The position numbers and the translations under genes are program-made. The notes below the pieces were generated by a model, which was given only the letters and a program-made list of their open reading frames with translations, was not told the DNA's origin and ran no database searches. 64,000 nucleotides of DNA from Amphiscolops sp. MND2022 (Eukaryota), in assembly GCA_964187785.1 (NCBI GenBank), contig OZ076409.1, positions 87,298,001 through 87,362,000 of the forward strand, read 5' to 3'. The first letter of the stretch is position 1; each line of letters opens with the position of its first letter. Positions 25,487-37,500 of this stretch are shown here, one piece after another.

Positions 25487-26446
25487 TTACTCGGCATTAC
25501 CGCCGAAAATTCTATTGGCTTCGGGATCCATGTAATCAAACATCAGCTGCTCTAGGGGTTCAAATTTCTGCTTTGCAATAAGTAGCACGTAACGCGGATT
25601 ATTTTTCAAGTATGTACATTTCAATTCGACCAGTTTCATGTTGCAATCTGGGTTGGTCTTTCCACCATCAAAGGTACTTGAGTAATTGCACAATCGAGCA
25701 AGGCACCTTCTGCCATCGTTGTGGATGGGGCATATTTCTGAGGTTGCATCAATAATTCTTCCCGGCCTTGTTTTAACCTCGATGCAGTATTCTGGCTTGC
25801 GGTTCTCTGGGTCCAGACTGCAGTAGTAGTCGACGTTGTTCGTGTTTTCTTCTACATGTCCGTGGTAGTCAAAAATAACGTCATCCTTGTTTAATGGTTT
25901 GGTCGCGATTATTCCTCGACCCATTGTAGGATAGACAACATGGCAGACGCCTGGCCAAAATTGGTTTTCGCATCTATCTTTCAAGTCATCTTGGAAGTAA
26001 GGGGTATTGCGAAGTCTCCATTCTAGATTTGGATTGAATGCTTTTTTGCGCGAACTTTGTCGAGATCTTGATACCCCAGACATTCTAGAAGAAGCATCCA
26101 CGACTCTTTTTACATCTGTGAAGTGGGGCCAGTTGACCAAGTTTGCAAAATTGATTATTCTCTCTCTTTCTTTCGCAGGGTCAGCTAGTGATGTAGGGTT
26201 GTGGCTCTTGTATTCGGCCGCCATAATATCTGCTCTTTGATGCCTAAGTGCTTGAATTCTTTTTTCGACTACTTTCATGAACGTTCTGTCATCGTAATGT
26301 CCGCTGGGCCTCAAATGTTTTTTGACTTCCATCATCAGGTAAGATTCAGACCAAAATTCTTCGTCTGCTGAACATTTTGAAAGTGTCATCAGTTTGACAG
26401 TTCTTTCCAATCTGTCCATTTCACGTTCGGCTGGGCTTCTTGTCAA
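25487..26446 (-). CDS. SET-domain lysine methyltransferase (SETD8/PR-Set7-like), probably the 3' exon of the gene starting at 27983
   Basis: MGRGIIATKPLNKDDVIFDYHG ... IIDAT ... LARLCNYS ... NPDCNMK ... LLIAKQKFEPLEQLMFDY are the SET motifs GxG, RxxNHS (here NYS) and ELxFDY. Confidence 0.88.
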   Translation of the reverse strand: MTRSPAEREMDRLERTVKLMTLSKCSADEEFWSESYLMMEVKKHLRPSGHYDDRTFMKVVEKRIQALRHQRADIMAAEYKSHNPTSLADPAKERERIINFANLVNWPHFTDVKRVVDASSRMSGVSRSRQSSRKKAFNPNLEWRLRNTPYFQDDLKDRCENQFWPGVCHVVYPTMGRGIIATKPLNKDDVIFDYHGHVEENTNNVDYYCSLDPENRKPEYCIEVKTRPGRIIDATSEICPIHNDGRRCLARLCNYSSTFDGGKTNPDCNMKLVELKCTYLKNNPRYVLLIAKQKFEPLEQLMFDYMDPEANRIFGGNAE

Positions 26447-26552
26447 GTCGGAAAACTAGAACACGCAGATAGTTAATGAAATAAGAGAAAACTGCAAAAG
26501 GAAGATGTTTTTAGTATTTCAACTAGTGATTATGGCTTATGGTTACTATCGA

Positions 26553-27983
26553 CTAATACAAATCAATCTGAGTCAGGTAATTCTTATCAAAGAGTATTTG
26601 ATTAGTTACCTGTTCAATCCAATTTCTTACGTTCCGCTCTTTGAATGGTGTCTTTCCCCAGCTGTTGACGAAGAATGGCTCCGTCATGACGTAATATGGT
26701 GGTATCCTTTGACTGCATGAAACTTTTTTCTGGTCGATGCCTTCAGGTTTGATAAAGTACGGTCGTACAGCTTCAAAATATATTAAGATTGCTTCTCCAA
26801 CAATGTGAGGAATTCTGAAGCTGTCCAAGTACCCAGCCTCATCTTCAATTTGCAAGACTAACAAGTCACTTGAGTTAGAACTTCTATTGTGCTGAATTTG
26901 AGGAATCATTTGTAAAACGGCATGAGTTGTGATGCTCAAAATCTTGCGATCTCTACACTTTGGAATAGAAAATTCCAGCAAATAAGCAATGAGGTCCCCA
27001 AACAAATTGGTTTTGTCAATGCTGGTTAGAGATTTTGCGAATTTGAATTGCTTCATTATGTCATAAAGGTCTGACAAGTGTCGCGCTTCAACAGTTGTGC
27101 ATAATGTTAGGTGCACTGGGGTAATTTCTCGCAAATTTTTCTCATAATTTTTGGGAACACATCGTTTACTGTTTGGGCCATGGTTTTCCCCATCGCACTG
27201 ATTAAGTTTCCGCTTGTTCGCTATCTCCTGTTGGCATCTTTCCATGGTTGCCAAGGTGTCGCTGCAAGAACGGCTTAGCTGACTTGCCACGATATCACTC
27301 GGAGTTTGGCTCAGTTGATTCGTCGTACTGTCACTCGGAGTGTGGCTCAGCTGATTCGTCGTACTGTCACTCGGAGCGTGGCTCAGTTGATTCGTCGTTC
27401 TGTCACTCGGAGTGGGAGTGTGGCTCAGTTGATTCGTCGTACTGTCACTCGGAGTGTGGCTAAGTTGATTCGTCGTACTGTCACTCGGAGTGTGGCTCAG
27501 TTGATTCGTCGTACTGTCACTCGGAGTGTGGCGCCGTTGATTCGTCGTACTGTCACTCGGTGTGTGGCTCAGTTGATTCGTCGTACTGTCATTCGGAGTG
27601 TGGCTCAGTTGATTTGCAGTGTTGATTAACAGAGGAGTCATTTGATTTGCAGCAAGTTGAGCTTGTGCCATTATCGAGACGTCTGAAGGGCTATCTTCAT
27701 AATTGACATCCTCTATATTAGAGATTTGTGAAAAAATCCTTTGTTCAACTTGGAAGAAACTTGGCCAGCTTTTAAACGACACACTTGGTGATCCATACAA
27801 CTGTTGTGTCGAACTAGATTGATTCAAGGGAGTACTCATGTAGTATGCAAAGTTGCTTTCATTCGGTTTAAATGGAGTCGAAAAACTTTCAAACGTTTCG
27901 TTTGGTGCAACATAATCTGTCGCAGCGGGGCTAGTCCCCAAGACAGTGTAAGAGAGAGCTTTCTCATGTTGAGGAGGGTTCAT
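26553..27983 (-). CDS. 476-aa ORF: S/T/Q-rich repeat region plus helical C-terminal domain; probable upstream exon of the SET gene
   Basis: Long ORF with ATG; candidate GT donors near its end and ttgcag/ttctag acceptors before the SET ORF; C-terminal YFEAVRP...FFVNSWG weakly resembles tyrosine-recombinase-like domains. Confidence 0.6.
   Translation of the reverse strand: MNPPQHEKALSYTVLGTSPAATDYVAPNETFESFSTPFKPNESNFAYYMSTPLNQSSSTQQLYGSPSVSFKSWPSFFQVEQRIFSQISNIEDVNYEDSPSDVSIMAQAQLAANQMTPLLINTANQLSHTPNDSTTNQLSHTPSDSTTNQRRHTPSDSTTNQLSHTPSDSTTNQLSHTPSDSTTNQLSHTPTPSDRTTNQLSHAPSDSTTNQLSHTPSDSTTNQLSQTPSDIVASQLSRSCSDTLATMERCQQEIANKRKLNQCDGENHGPNSKRCVPKNYEKNLREITPVHLTLCTTVEARHLSDLYDIMKQFKFAKSLTSIDKTNLFGDLIAYLLEFSIPKCRDRKILSITTHAVLQMIPQIQHNRSSNSSDLLVLQIEDEAGYLDSFRIPHIVGEAILIYFEAVRPYFIKPEGIDQKKVSCSQRIPPYYVMTEPFFVNSWGKTPFKERNVRNWIEQVTNQILFDKNYLTQIDLY
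27295..27613 (-). repeat. 39-bp coding minisatellite (~8 copies, TNQLSHTPSDSTT)
   Basis: Unit tcactcggagtgtggctcagttgattcgtcgtactg repeated in frame within ORF 26553-27983. Confidence 0.95.
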
Positions 27984-28584
27984 CGTTATGTAAAATGAGA
28001 TTGTTGTCTAGCTACTGTTTGGATTGAATGGTGAGTGCTCAATCCTCTCCTTGATTGGTCAAAATTCGAACTAATTCAAAGACGCTTCGTCAATCAACTG
28101 TGGTATATTATAATTAAAGAAAATTGGTGATCTTCGTTTTAAATTGTTTATATATGATAATTATATATTTCTGATAATGAAAGATTTAATTATTGAAAAA
28201 AGTAGTACATACCGTTGGTAATAATTTTGCGGATGTGCTATTTAGGTTTGGATTAAGATGAGCTCATTTAAGGACGCTTTTCAAATCAACTGTGGTGACA
28301 ATTACTTGATGACGTGCGAACCTTCAATTATCGTTTCAAAATAGGGAATAAAAACCGAAGTATGAAATAACCTAAGCTAATTGGCATAAAATGAATTGAA
28401 CTTTCGCCCATCCGTTTCCGAGTTTGCAATGAAAAAGCCATGTATTTCTGAGTTTCAACTTGCCCATGCGTTTCCCAGTCCTAAATGGCGTTATCAATTT
28501 GATGATCTGTTGGGATATCTGAAATAGAATTTAAAATGTCGATTTAATTTCAAATATGTTTATCACCAATACTAAACGAAATAT

Positions 28585-31500
28585 GTGTTTCAGAATGCCG
28601 GAGAAAATTCAGCGAAAAAGTTGCTTGCCAGAGGCACAAGTACAAAGACTGGGCACCAAAGAAAAGACCTGTTGAAGAACACCAGCTGGAGTTCACCTGT
28701 ATTGCACAAAAAATTTACAGCCGGGCAAATTTTATTTGTCGTTTTTGTGGATGTGGCGAGAAAAACGGAGGACCGTTCTTTAGCTATCATAGAACCGCTC
28801 AACGCTCCCTCGGAAGAACTTGCACCCTGAAAGTGTTTGAGTTACAAAGGGAGGAATGGTACCCAGGAAATTTGTTGGAACCAACACCAGAAAACATCGA
28901 GGAATTGTGCAAGGAAAGTTCTGTTTACGATGGCCTGAAGCAAAAATACAAATCGTTTTATCTTAAAGGAGAATCCGCTGTTCTTCAAATAAAGCCCAAA
29001 TGCAACGAACCAGGAGAGTACAGCTGGTCGGAAAAAAGACGGCGGGAAGGGAAAGGCTATTCCCATGGCATCTAAGACCTGATGAAGATCAAAGTGTCAC
29101 CAAAGAAAAAGAATATCGAACATCCACGATGGCAAGCGAGGATAGCTTCGAAAAGAAGAAGAGAACAGAGAAGGACGTCACGTCGGTACCGGCGAGTTCA
29201 GATCGAACCAGATTCTGACAGCAATGAAGAAGCCCTCCAGGAAGAGAACCGTGAAGAAGACGAAAGTGAAGAAGAAGTAGACAGGCACGTTCCCCAAGGT
29301 ACAATAAAATCCTATTGTTTTACCTATATCAATATTTCTACATACCAATTTGACTACTTGCCAAACGATTCCACTGATACTTATCGAAAATAATCGAAAA
29401 ACATCCACCAATCTTTTCGAAATCTTTAAAATGATTTTGACAGTTTTTGATTCAGATTCCGACAGCAATGAAGAGGCCGTCCAGGAAGAGAATCGTGAAG
29501 AAGACCAAATTGAAGAAGTAGACACGCACGTTCCCCAAGGTACAATAAAATCCTATTGTTTTACCTATATCAAGTTTTCGACATACCAGTTTGACTACTT
29601 TCCAAACGATTCCACTGATACTTATCGAAAATATTCGGGAAACATCCACCAATCATTGCAATATTTTTATCATGATATTGACAAATTTTGTTTCAGATTC
29701 CGACAGCAATGAAGAAGTCTACCAGGAAGAGAACCGTGAAGAAGCCGAAAGTGAAGAAGTAGACAGGCACGTTCCCCAAGGTACAATAAAATCCTATTGT
29801 TTTACTTATATCGTTTTTTCGACACACCAGTTTGACTACTTGCTAAACGATTCCACTGATACTTATCGAAAAAATTCGGAAAACATCCACCAATCATTGC
29901 AATATTTTTATCATGATATTGACAGTTTTTGTTTCAGATTCCGACAGCAATGAAGAAGCCTTCCAGGATGAGAACCGTGAAGAAGACGAAAGTGAAGAAG
30001 AAGTAGACAGTCACGTTCCCCAAGGTACAATAAAATCCTATTGTTTTACCTATGTCAATATTTCTACATACCAATTTGACTACTTGCCAAACGATTCCAC
30101 TGATACTTATCGAAAAAATTCGAAAAACATCCACCAATCTTTTCAATATCTTTAAAATGATTTTGACAGTTTTTGATTCAGATTCCGACAGCAATGAAGA
30201 GGCCGTCCAGGAAGAGAATCGTGAAGAAGACCAAATTGAAGAAGTAGACACGCACGTTCCCCAAGGTACAATAAAATCCTATTGTTTTACCTATATCAAG
30301 TTTTCGACATACCAGTTTGACTACTTTCCAAACGATTCCACTGATACTTATCGAAAATATTCGGGAAACATCCACCAATCATTGCAATCTTTTTATCATG
30401 ATATTGACAAATTTTGTTTCAGATTCCGACAGCAATGAAGAAGTCTACCAGGAAGAGAACCGTGAAGAAGACGAAAGTGAAGAAGTAGACAGGCACGTTC
30501 CCCAAGGTACAATAAAATCCTATTGTTTTACCTATATCAAGTTTTCGACATACCAGTTTGACTACTTTCCAAACGATTCCACTGATACTTATCGAAAATA
30601 TTCGGGAAACATCCACCAATCATTGCAATCTTTTTATCATGATATTGACAAATTTTGTTTCAGATTCCGACAGCAATGAAGAAGTCTACCAGGAAGAGAA
30701 CCGTGAAGAAGACGAAAGTGAAGAAGTAGACAGGCACGTTCCCCAAGGTACAATAAAATCCTATTGTTTTACTTATATCGTTTTTTCGACACACCAGTTT
30801 GACTACTTGCCAAACGATTCCACTGATACTTATCGAAAAAGTTCGGAAAACATCCACCAATCATTGCAATATTTTTATCATGATATTGACAGTTTTTGTT
30901 TCAGATTCCGACAGCAATGAAGAAGCCTTCCAGGATGAGAACCGTGAAGAAGACGACAGTGAAGAAGAAGTAGACAGTCACGTTCCCCAAGGTACAATAA
31001 AATCCTATTGTTTTACCTATATCAATATTTCTACATACCAATTTGACTACTTGCCAAACGATTCAACTGATACTTATCGAAAAAATTCGAAAAACATCCA
31101 CCAATCTTTTCAATATCTTTAAAATGATTTTGACAGTTTTTGATTCAGATTCCGACAGCAATGAAGAGGCCGTCCAGGAAGAGAATCGTGACGAAGACCA
31201 AATTGAAGAAGTAGACACGCACGTTCCCCAAGGTACAATAAAATCCTATTGTTTTACCTATATCAAGTTTTCGACATACCAGTTTGACTACTTTCCAAAC
31301 GATTCCACTGATACTTATCAAAAATATTCGGGAAACATCCACCAATCATTGCAATATTTTTATCATGATATTGACAAATTTTGTTTCAGATTCCGGCAGC
31401 AATGAAGAAGTCTACCAGGAAGAGAACCGTGAAGAAGACGAAAGTGAAGAAGTAGACAGGCACGTTCCCCAAGGTACAATAAAATCCTATTGTTTTACTT

Positions 31501-34500
31501 ATATCGTTTTTTCGACACACCAGTTTGACTACTTGCCAAACGATTCCACTGATACTTATCGAAAAAATTTGGAAAACATCCACCAATCATTGCAATATTT
31601 TTATCATGATATTGACAGTTTTTGTTTCAGATTCCGACAGCAATGAAGAAGCCTTCCAGGATGAGAACCGTGAAGAAGACGAAAGTGAAGAAGAAGTAGA
31701 CAGTCACGTTCCCCAAGGTACAATAAAATCCTATTGTTTTACTTATACTCAATTTTCGACATACCAGTTTGACTACTCGCCAAACGATTCCACTGATACT
31801 TATCGAAAATATTCGGAAAACATTCAATAATCATTGCAATATTTTTATCACGATATTGACAATTTTTGTTTCAGATTCCGACAGCAATGAAGCAGCCTTC
31901 CAGGAAGAGAACTGTGAAGAAGACGAAAGTGAAGAAGAAGAAGTCAGGCACGTTCCCCAAGGTACAATAAAATCCTATTGTTTTACCTATATCAATTTTT
32001 CGACATACCAGTTTGAGTACTTGCCGAACGACTCCACTGATACTTATCAAAAATATTCGGAAAACATCCACCAATCATTGCAATCTTTTTATCATGATAT
32101 TGACAAATTTTGTTTCAGATTCCGACAGCAATGAAGAAGTCTACCAGGAAGAGAACCGTGAAGAAGACGAAAGTGAAGAAGTAGACAGGCACGTTCCCCA
32201 AGGTACAATAAAATCCTATTGTTTTACCTATATCAAGTTTTCGACATACCAGTTTGACTACTTTCCAAACGATTCCACTGATACTTATCAAAAATATTCG
32301 GGAAACATCCACCAATCATTGCAATCTTTTTATCATGATATTGACAAATTTTGTTTCAGATTCCGACAGCAATGAAGAAGTCTACCAGGAAGAGAACCGT
32401 GAAGAAGACGAAAGTGAAGAAGTAGACAGGCACGTTCCCCAAGGTACAATAAAATCCTATTGTTTTACTTATATCGTTTTTTCGACACACCAGTTTGACT
32501 ACTTGCCAAACGATTCCACTGATACTTATCGAAAAAATTCGGAAAACATCCACCAATCATTGCAATATTTTTATCATGATATTGACAGTTTTTGTTTCAG
32601 ATTCCGACAGCAATGAAGAAGCCTTCCAGGATGAGAACCGTGAAGAAGACGACAGTGAAGAAGAAGTAGACAGTCACGTTCCCCAAGGTACAATAAAATC
32701 CTATTGTTTTACCTATATCAATATTTCTACATACCAATTTGACTACTTGCCAAACGATTCCACTGATACTTATCGAAAAAATTCGAAAAACATCCACCAA
32801 TCTTTTCAATATCTTTAAAATGATTTTGACAGTTTTTGATTCAGATTCCGACAGCAATGAAGAGGCCGTCCAGGAAGAGAATCGTGACGAAGACCAAATT
32901 GAAGAAGTAGACACGCACGTTCCCCAAGGTACAATAAAATCCTATTGTTTTACCTATATCAAGTTTTCGACATACCAGTTTGACTACTTTCCAAACGATT
33001 CCACTGATACTTATCAAAAATATTCGGGAAACATCCACCAATCATTGCAATATTTTTATCATGATATTGACAAATTTTGTTTCAGATTCCGGCAGCAATG
33101 AAGAAGTCTACCAGGAAGAGAACCGTGAAGAAGACGAAAGTGAAGAAGTAGACAGGCACGTTCCCCAAGGTACAATAAAATCCTATTGTTTTACTTATAT
33201 CGTTTTTTCGACACACCAGTTTGACTACTTGCCAAACGATTCCACTGATACTTATCGAAAAAATTTGGAAAACATCCACCAATCATTGCAATATTTTTAT
33301 CATGATATTGACAGTTTTTGTTTCAGATTCCGACAGCAATGAAGAAGCCTTCCAGGATGAGAACCGTGAAGAAGACGAAAGTGAAGAAGAAGTAGACAGT
33401 CACGTTCCCCAAGGTACAATAAAATCCTATTGTTTTACTTATACTCAATTTTCGACATACCAGTTTGACTACTCGCCAAACGATTCCACTGATACTTATC
33501 GAAAATATTCGGAAAACATTCAATAATCATTGCAATATTTTTATCACGATATTGACAATTTTTGTTTCAGATTCCGACAGCAATGAAGCAGCCTTCCAGG
33601 AAGAGAACTGTGAAGAAGACGAAAGTGAAGAAGAAGAAGTCAGGCACGTTCCCCAAGGTACAATAAAATCCTATTGTTTTACCTATATCAATTTTTCGAC
33701 ATACCAGTTTGAGTACTTGCCGAACGACTCCACTGATACTTATCAAAAATATTCGGAAAACATCCACCAATCATTGCAAAATTTTTATCATGATATTGAC
33801 AATCTTTGTATCAGATTCCGACAACAATGAAGAAGCCTTCCAGGAAGAGAACCGTGAAAAAGACAAAGTGAAGAAGAAGTAGACAGGCACGTTTCCCAAG
33901 GTACAATAAAATCCTATTGTTTCACTTATATCAATTTTTCGACATACCAGTTTGACTACTTGCCAAACGATTCCACTGATACTTATCAAAAAAATTCGGA
34001 AAACATCCACCAATCATTGCAATATTTTTATCACGATATTGACAATTTTTGTTTCAGATTCCGACAGCAATGAAGAAGCCTTCCAGGATGAGAACCGTGA
34101 AAAAGACGAAAGTGAAGAAGAAGTAGACAGGCACGTTCCCCAAGGTACAATAAAATCCTATTGTTTTACTTATCTTCATTTTTCGACATACCAGTTCGAC
34201 TACTCGCCAAACGATTCCACTGATACTTATTGAAAATATTCGGAAAACATTCACCAATCATTGCAAAATTTTTATCACGATATTGACAATTTTTGTTTCA
34301 GATTCCGACAGCAATGAAGCAGCCTTCCAGGAAGAGAACCGTGAAGAAGACGAAAGTGAAGAAGAAGTAGACAGGCACGTTCCCCAAGTACAATAAAATC
34401 CTATTGTTTTACTTATCTTCATTTTTCGACATACCAGTTCGACTACTCGCCAAACGATTCCACTGATACTTATTGAAAATATTCGGAAAACATCCACCAA

Positions 34501-37500
34501 TCATTGCAATGTTTTTATCATGATATTGACAGTTTTGTTTCAGATTCCGACAGCAATGAAGAAGCCTTCCAGGATGAGAACCGTGAAGAAGACGAAAGTG
34601 AAGAAGAAGTAGACAGTCACGTTCCCCAAGGTACAATAAAATCCTATTGTTTTACTTATACTCAATTTTCGACATACCAGTTTGACTACTCGCCAAACGA
34701 TTCCACTGATACTTATCGAAAATATTCGGAAAACATTCAATAATCATTGCAATATTTTTATCACGATATTGACAATTTTTGTTTCAGATTCCGACAGCAA
34801 TGAAGCAGCCTTCCAGGAAGAGAACTGTGAAGAAGACGAAAAAGAAGAAGAAGAAGTCAGGCACGTTCCCCAAGGTACAAAAAAATCCTATTGTTTTACC
34901 TATATCAATTTTTTGACATACCAGTTTGAGTACTTGCCAAACGACTCCACTGATACTTATCAAAAATATTCGGAAAACATCCACCAATCATTGCAAAATT
35001 TTTATCATGATATTGACAATTTTTGTATCAGATTCCGACAACAATGAAGAAGCCTTCCAGGAAGAGAACCGTGAAAAAGACAAAGTGAAGAAGAAGTAGA
35101 CAGGCACGTTTCCCAAGGTACAATAAAATCCTATTGTTTCACTTATATCAATTTTTGGACATACCAGTTTGACTACTTGCCAAACGATTCCACTGATACT
35201 TATCAAAAAAATTCGGAAAACATCCACCAATCATTGCAATATTTTTATCACGATATTGACAGATTTTGTTTCAGATTCCGACAGCAATGAAGAAGCCTTC
35301 CAGGATGAGAACCGTGAAAAAGACGAAAGTGAAGAAGAAGTAGACAGGCACGTTCCCCAAGGTACAATAAAATCCTTTTGTTTTACTTATCTTCATTTTT
35401 TGACATACCAGTTCGACTACTCGCCAAACGATTCCACTGATACTTATTGAAAATATTCGGAAAAAATTCACCAATCATTGCAAAATTTTTATCACGATAT
35501 TGACAATTTTTGTTTCAGATTCCGACAGCAATGAAGCAGCCTTCCAGGATGAGAACCGTGAAAAAGACGAAAGTGAAGAAGAAGTAGACAGGCACGTTCC
35601 CCAAGGTACAATAAAATTCTTTTGTTTTACTTATCTTCATTTTTTGACATACCAGTTCGACTACTCGCCAAACGATTCCACTGATACTTATTGAAAATAT
35701 TCGGAAAACATTCACCAATCATTGCAAAATTTTTATCACGATATTGACAATTTTTGTTTCAGATTCCGACAGCAATGAAGCAGCCTTCCAGGCAGAGAAC
35801 CGTGAAGAAGACGAAAGTGAAGTAGAAGAAGTCAGGCACGTTCCCAAAGGAACAATAAAATCCTATTGTTTTACCTATATCAATTTTTCGACATACCAGT
35901 TTGACTACTTGCCAAACAACTCCACTGATACTTATCAAAAATTTTTGGAAAACATCCACCAATCATTGCAATATTTTTATCATGATATTGACAATTTTTG
36001 TATCAGATTCCGACAACAATGAAGAAGCCTTCCAGGAAGAGAACCGGGGAAAAAGACGAAAGTGAAGAAGTAGACAGGCACGTTCCCCAAGGTACAATAA
36101 AATCCTATTGTTTCACTTATATCGTTTATTCGACACACCAAATTGACTACTTGCCAAACGATTCCACTGATACTTATCAAAAAAATTCGGAAAACATCCA
36201 CCAATCATTGCAATATTTTTATCATGATATTGAAAGTTTTTGTTTCAGATTCCGACAGCAATCAAGAAGCCTTCCAGGATGAGAACCGTGAAGAAGACGA
36301 AAGTGAAGAAGAAGTAGACAGGCACGTTCCCCAAGGTACAATAAAATCCTATTGTTTTACTTATACTCAATTTTCGACATACCAGTTCGACTACTCGCCA
36401 AACGATTCCACTGATACTTATTGAAAAATTTCGGAAAACATTCACCAATCATTGCAAAATTTTTATCACGATATTGACAATTTTTGTTTCAGATTCCGAC
36501 AGCAATGAAGCAGCCTTCAAGGAAGAGAACTGTGAAGAAGACGAAAGTGAAGAAGAAGAAGTCAGGCACGTTCCCCAAGGTACAATAAAATCCTATTGTT
36601 TTACCTATATCAATTTTTCGACATACCAGTTTGAGTACTTGCCAAACGACTCCCCTGATACTTATCAAAAATATTCGGAAAACATCCACCAATCATTGCA
36701 AAATTTTTATCATGATATTGACAATTTTTGTATCAGATTCCGACAACAATGAAGAAGCCTTCCAGGAAGAGAACCGTGAAAAAGACAAAGTGAAGAAGAA
36801 GTAGACAGGCACGTTTCCCAAGGTACAATAAAATCCTATTGTTTCACTTATATCAATTTTTCGACATACCAGTTTGACTACTTGCCAAACGATTCTACTG
36901 ATACTTATCAAAAAAATTCGGAAAACATCCACCAATCATTGCAATATTTTTATCACGATATTGACAGTTTTTGTTTCAGATTCCGACAGCAATGAAGAAG
37001 CCTTCCAGGATGAGAACCGTGAAAAAGACGAAAGTGAAGAAGAAGTAGACAGGCACGTTCCCCAAGGTACAATAAAATCCTTTTGTTTTACTTATCTTCA
37101 TTTTTCGACATACCAGTTCGACTACTCGCCAAACGATTCCACTGATACTTATTGAAAATATTCGGAAAATATTCACCAATCATTGCAAAATTTTTATCAC
37201 GATATTGACAATTTTTGTTTCAGATTCCGACAGCAATGAAGCAGCCTTCCAGGAAGAGAACCGTGAAGAAGACGAAAGTGAAGTAGAAGAAGTCAGGCAC
37301 GTTCCCAAAGGTACAAAAAATCCTATTGTTTTACCTATATCAATTTTTCGACATACCAGTTTGACTACTTGCCAAACAACTCCACTGATACTTATCAAAA
37401 ATTTTTGGAAAACATCCACCAATCATTGCAATATTTTTATCATGATATTGACAATTTTTGTATCAGATTCCGACAACAATGAAGAAGCCTTCCAGGAAGA

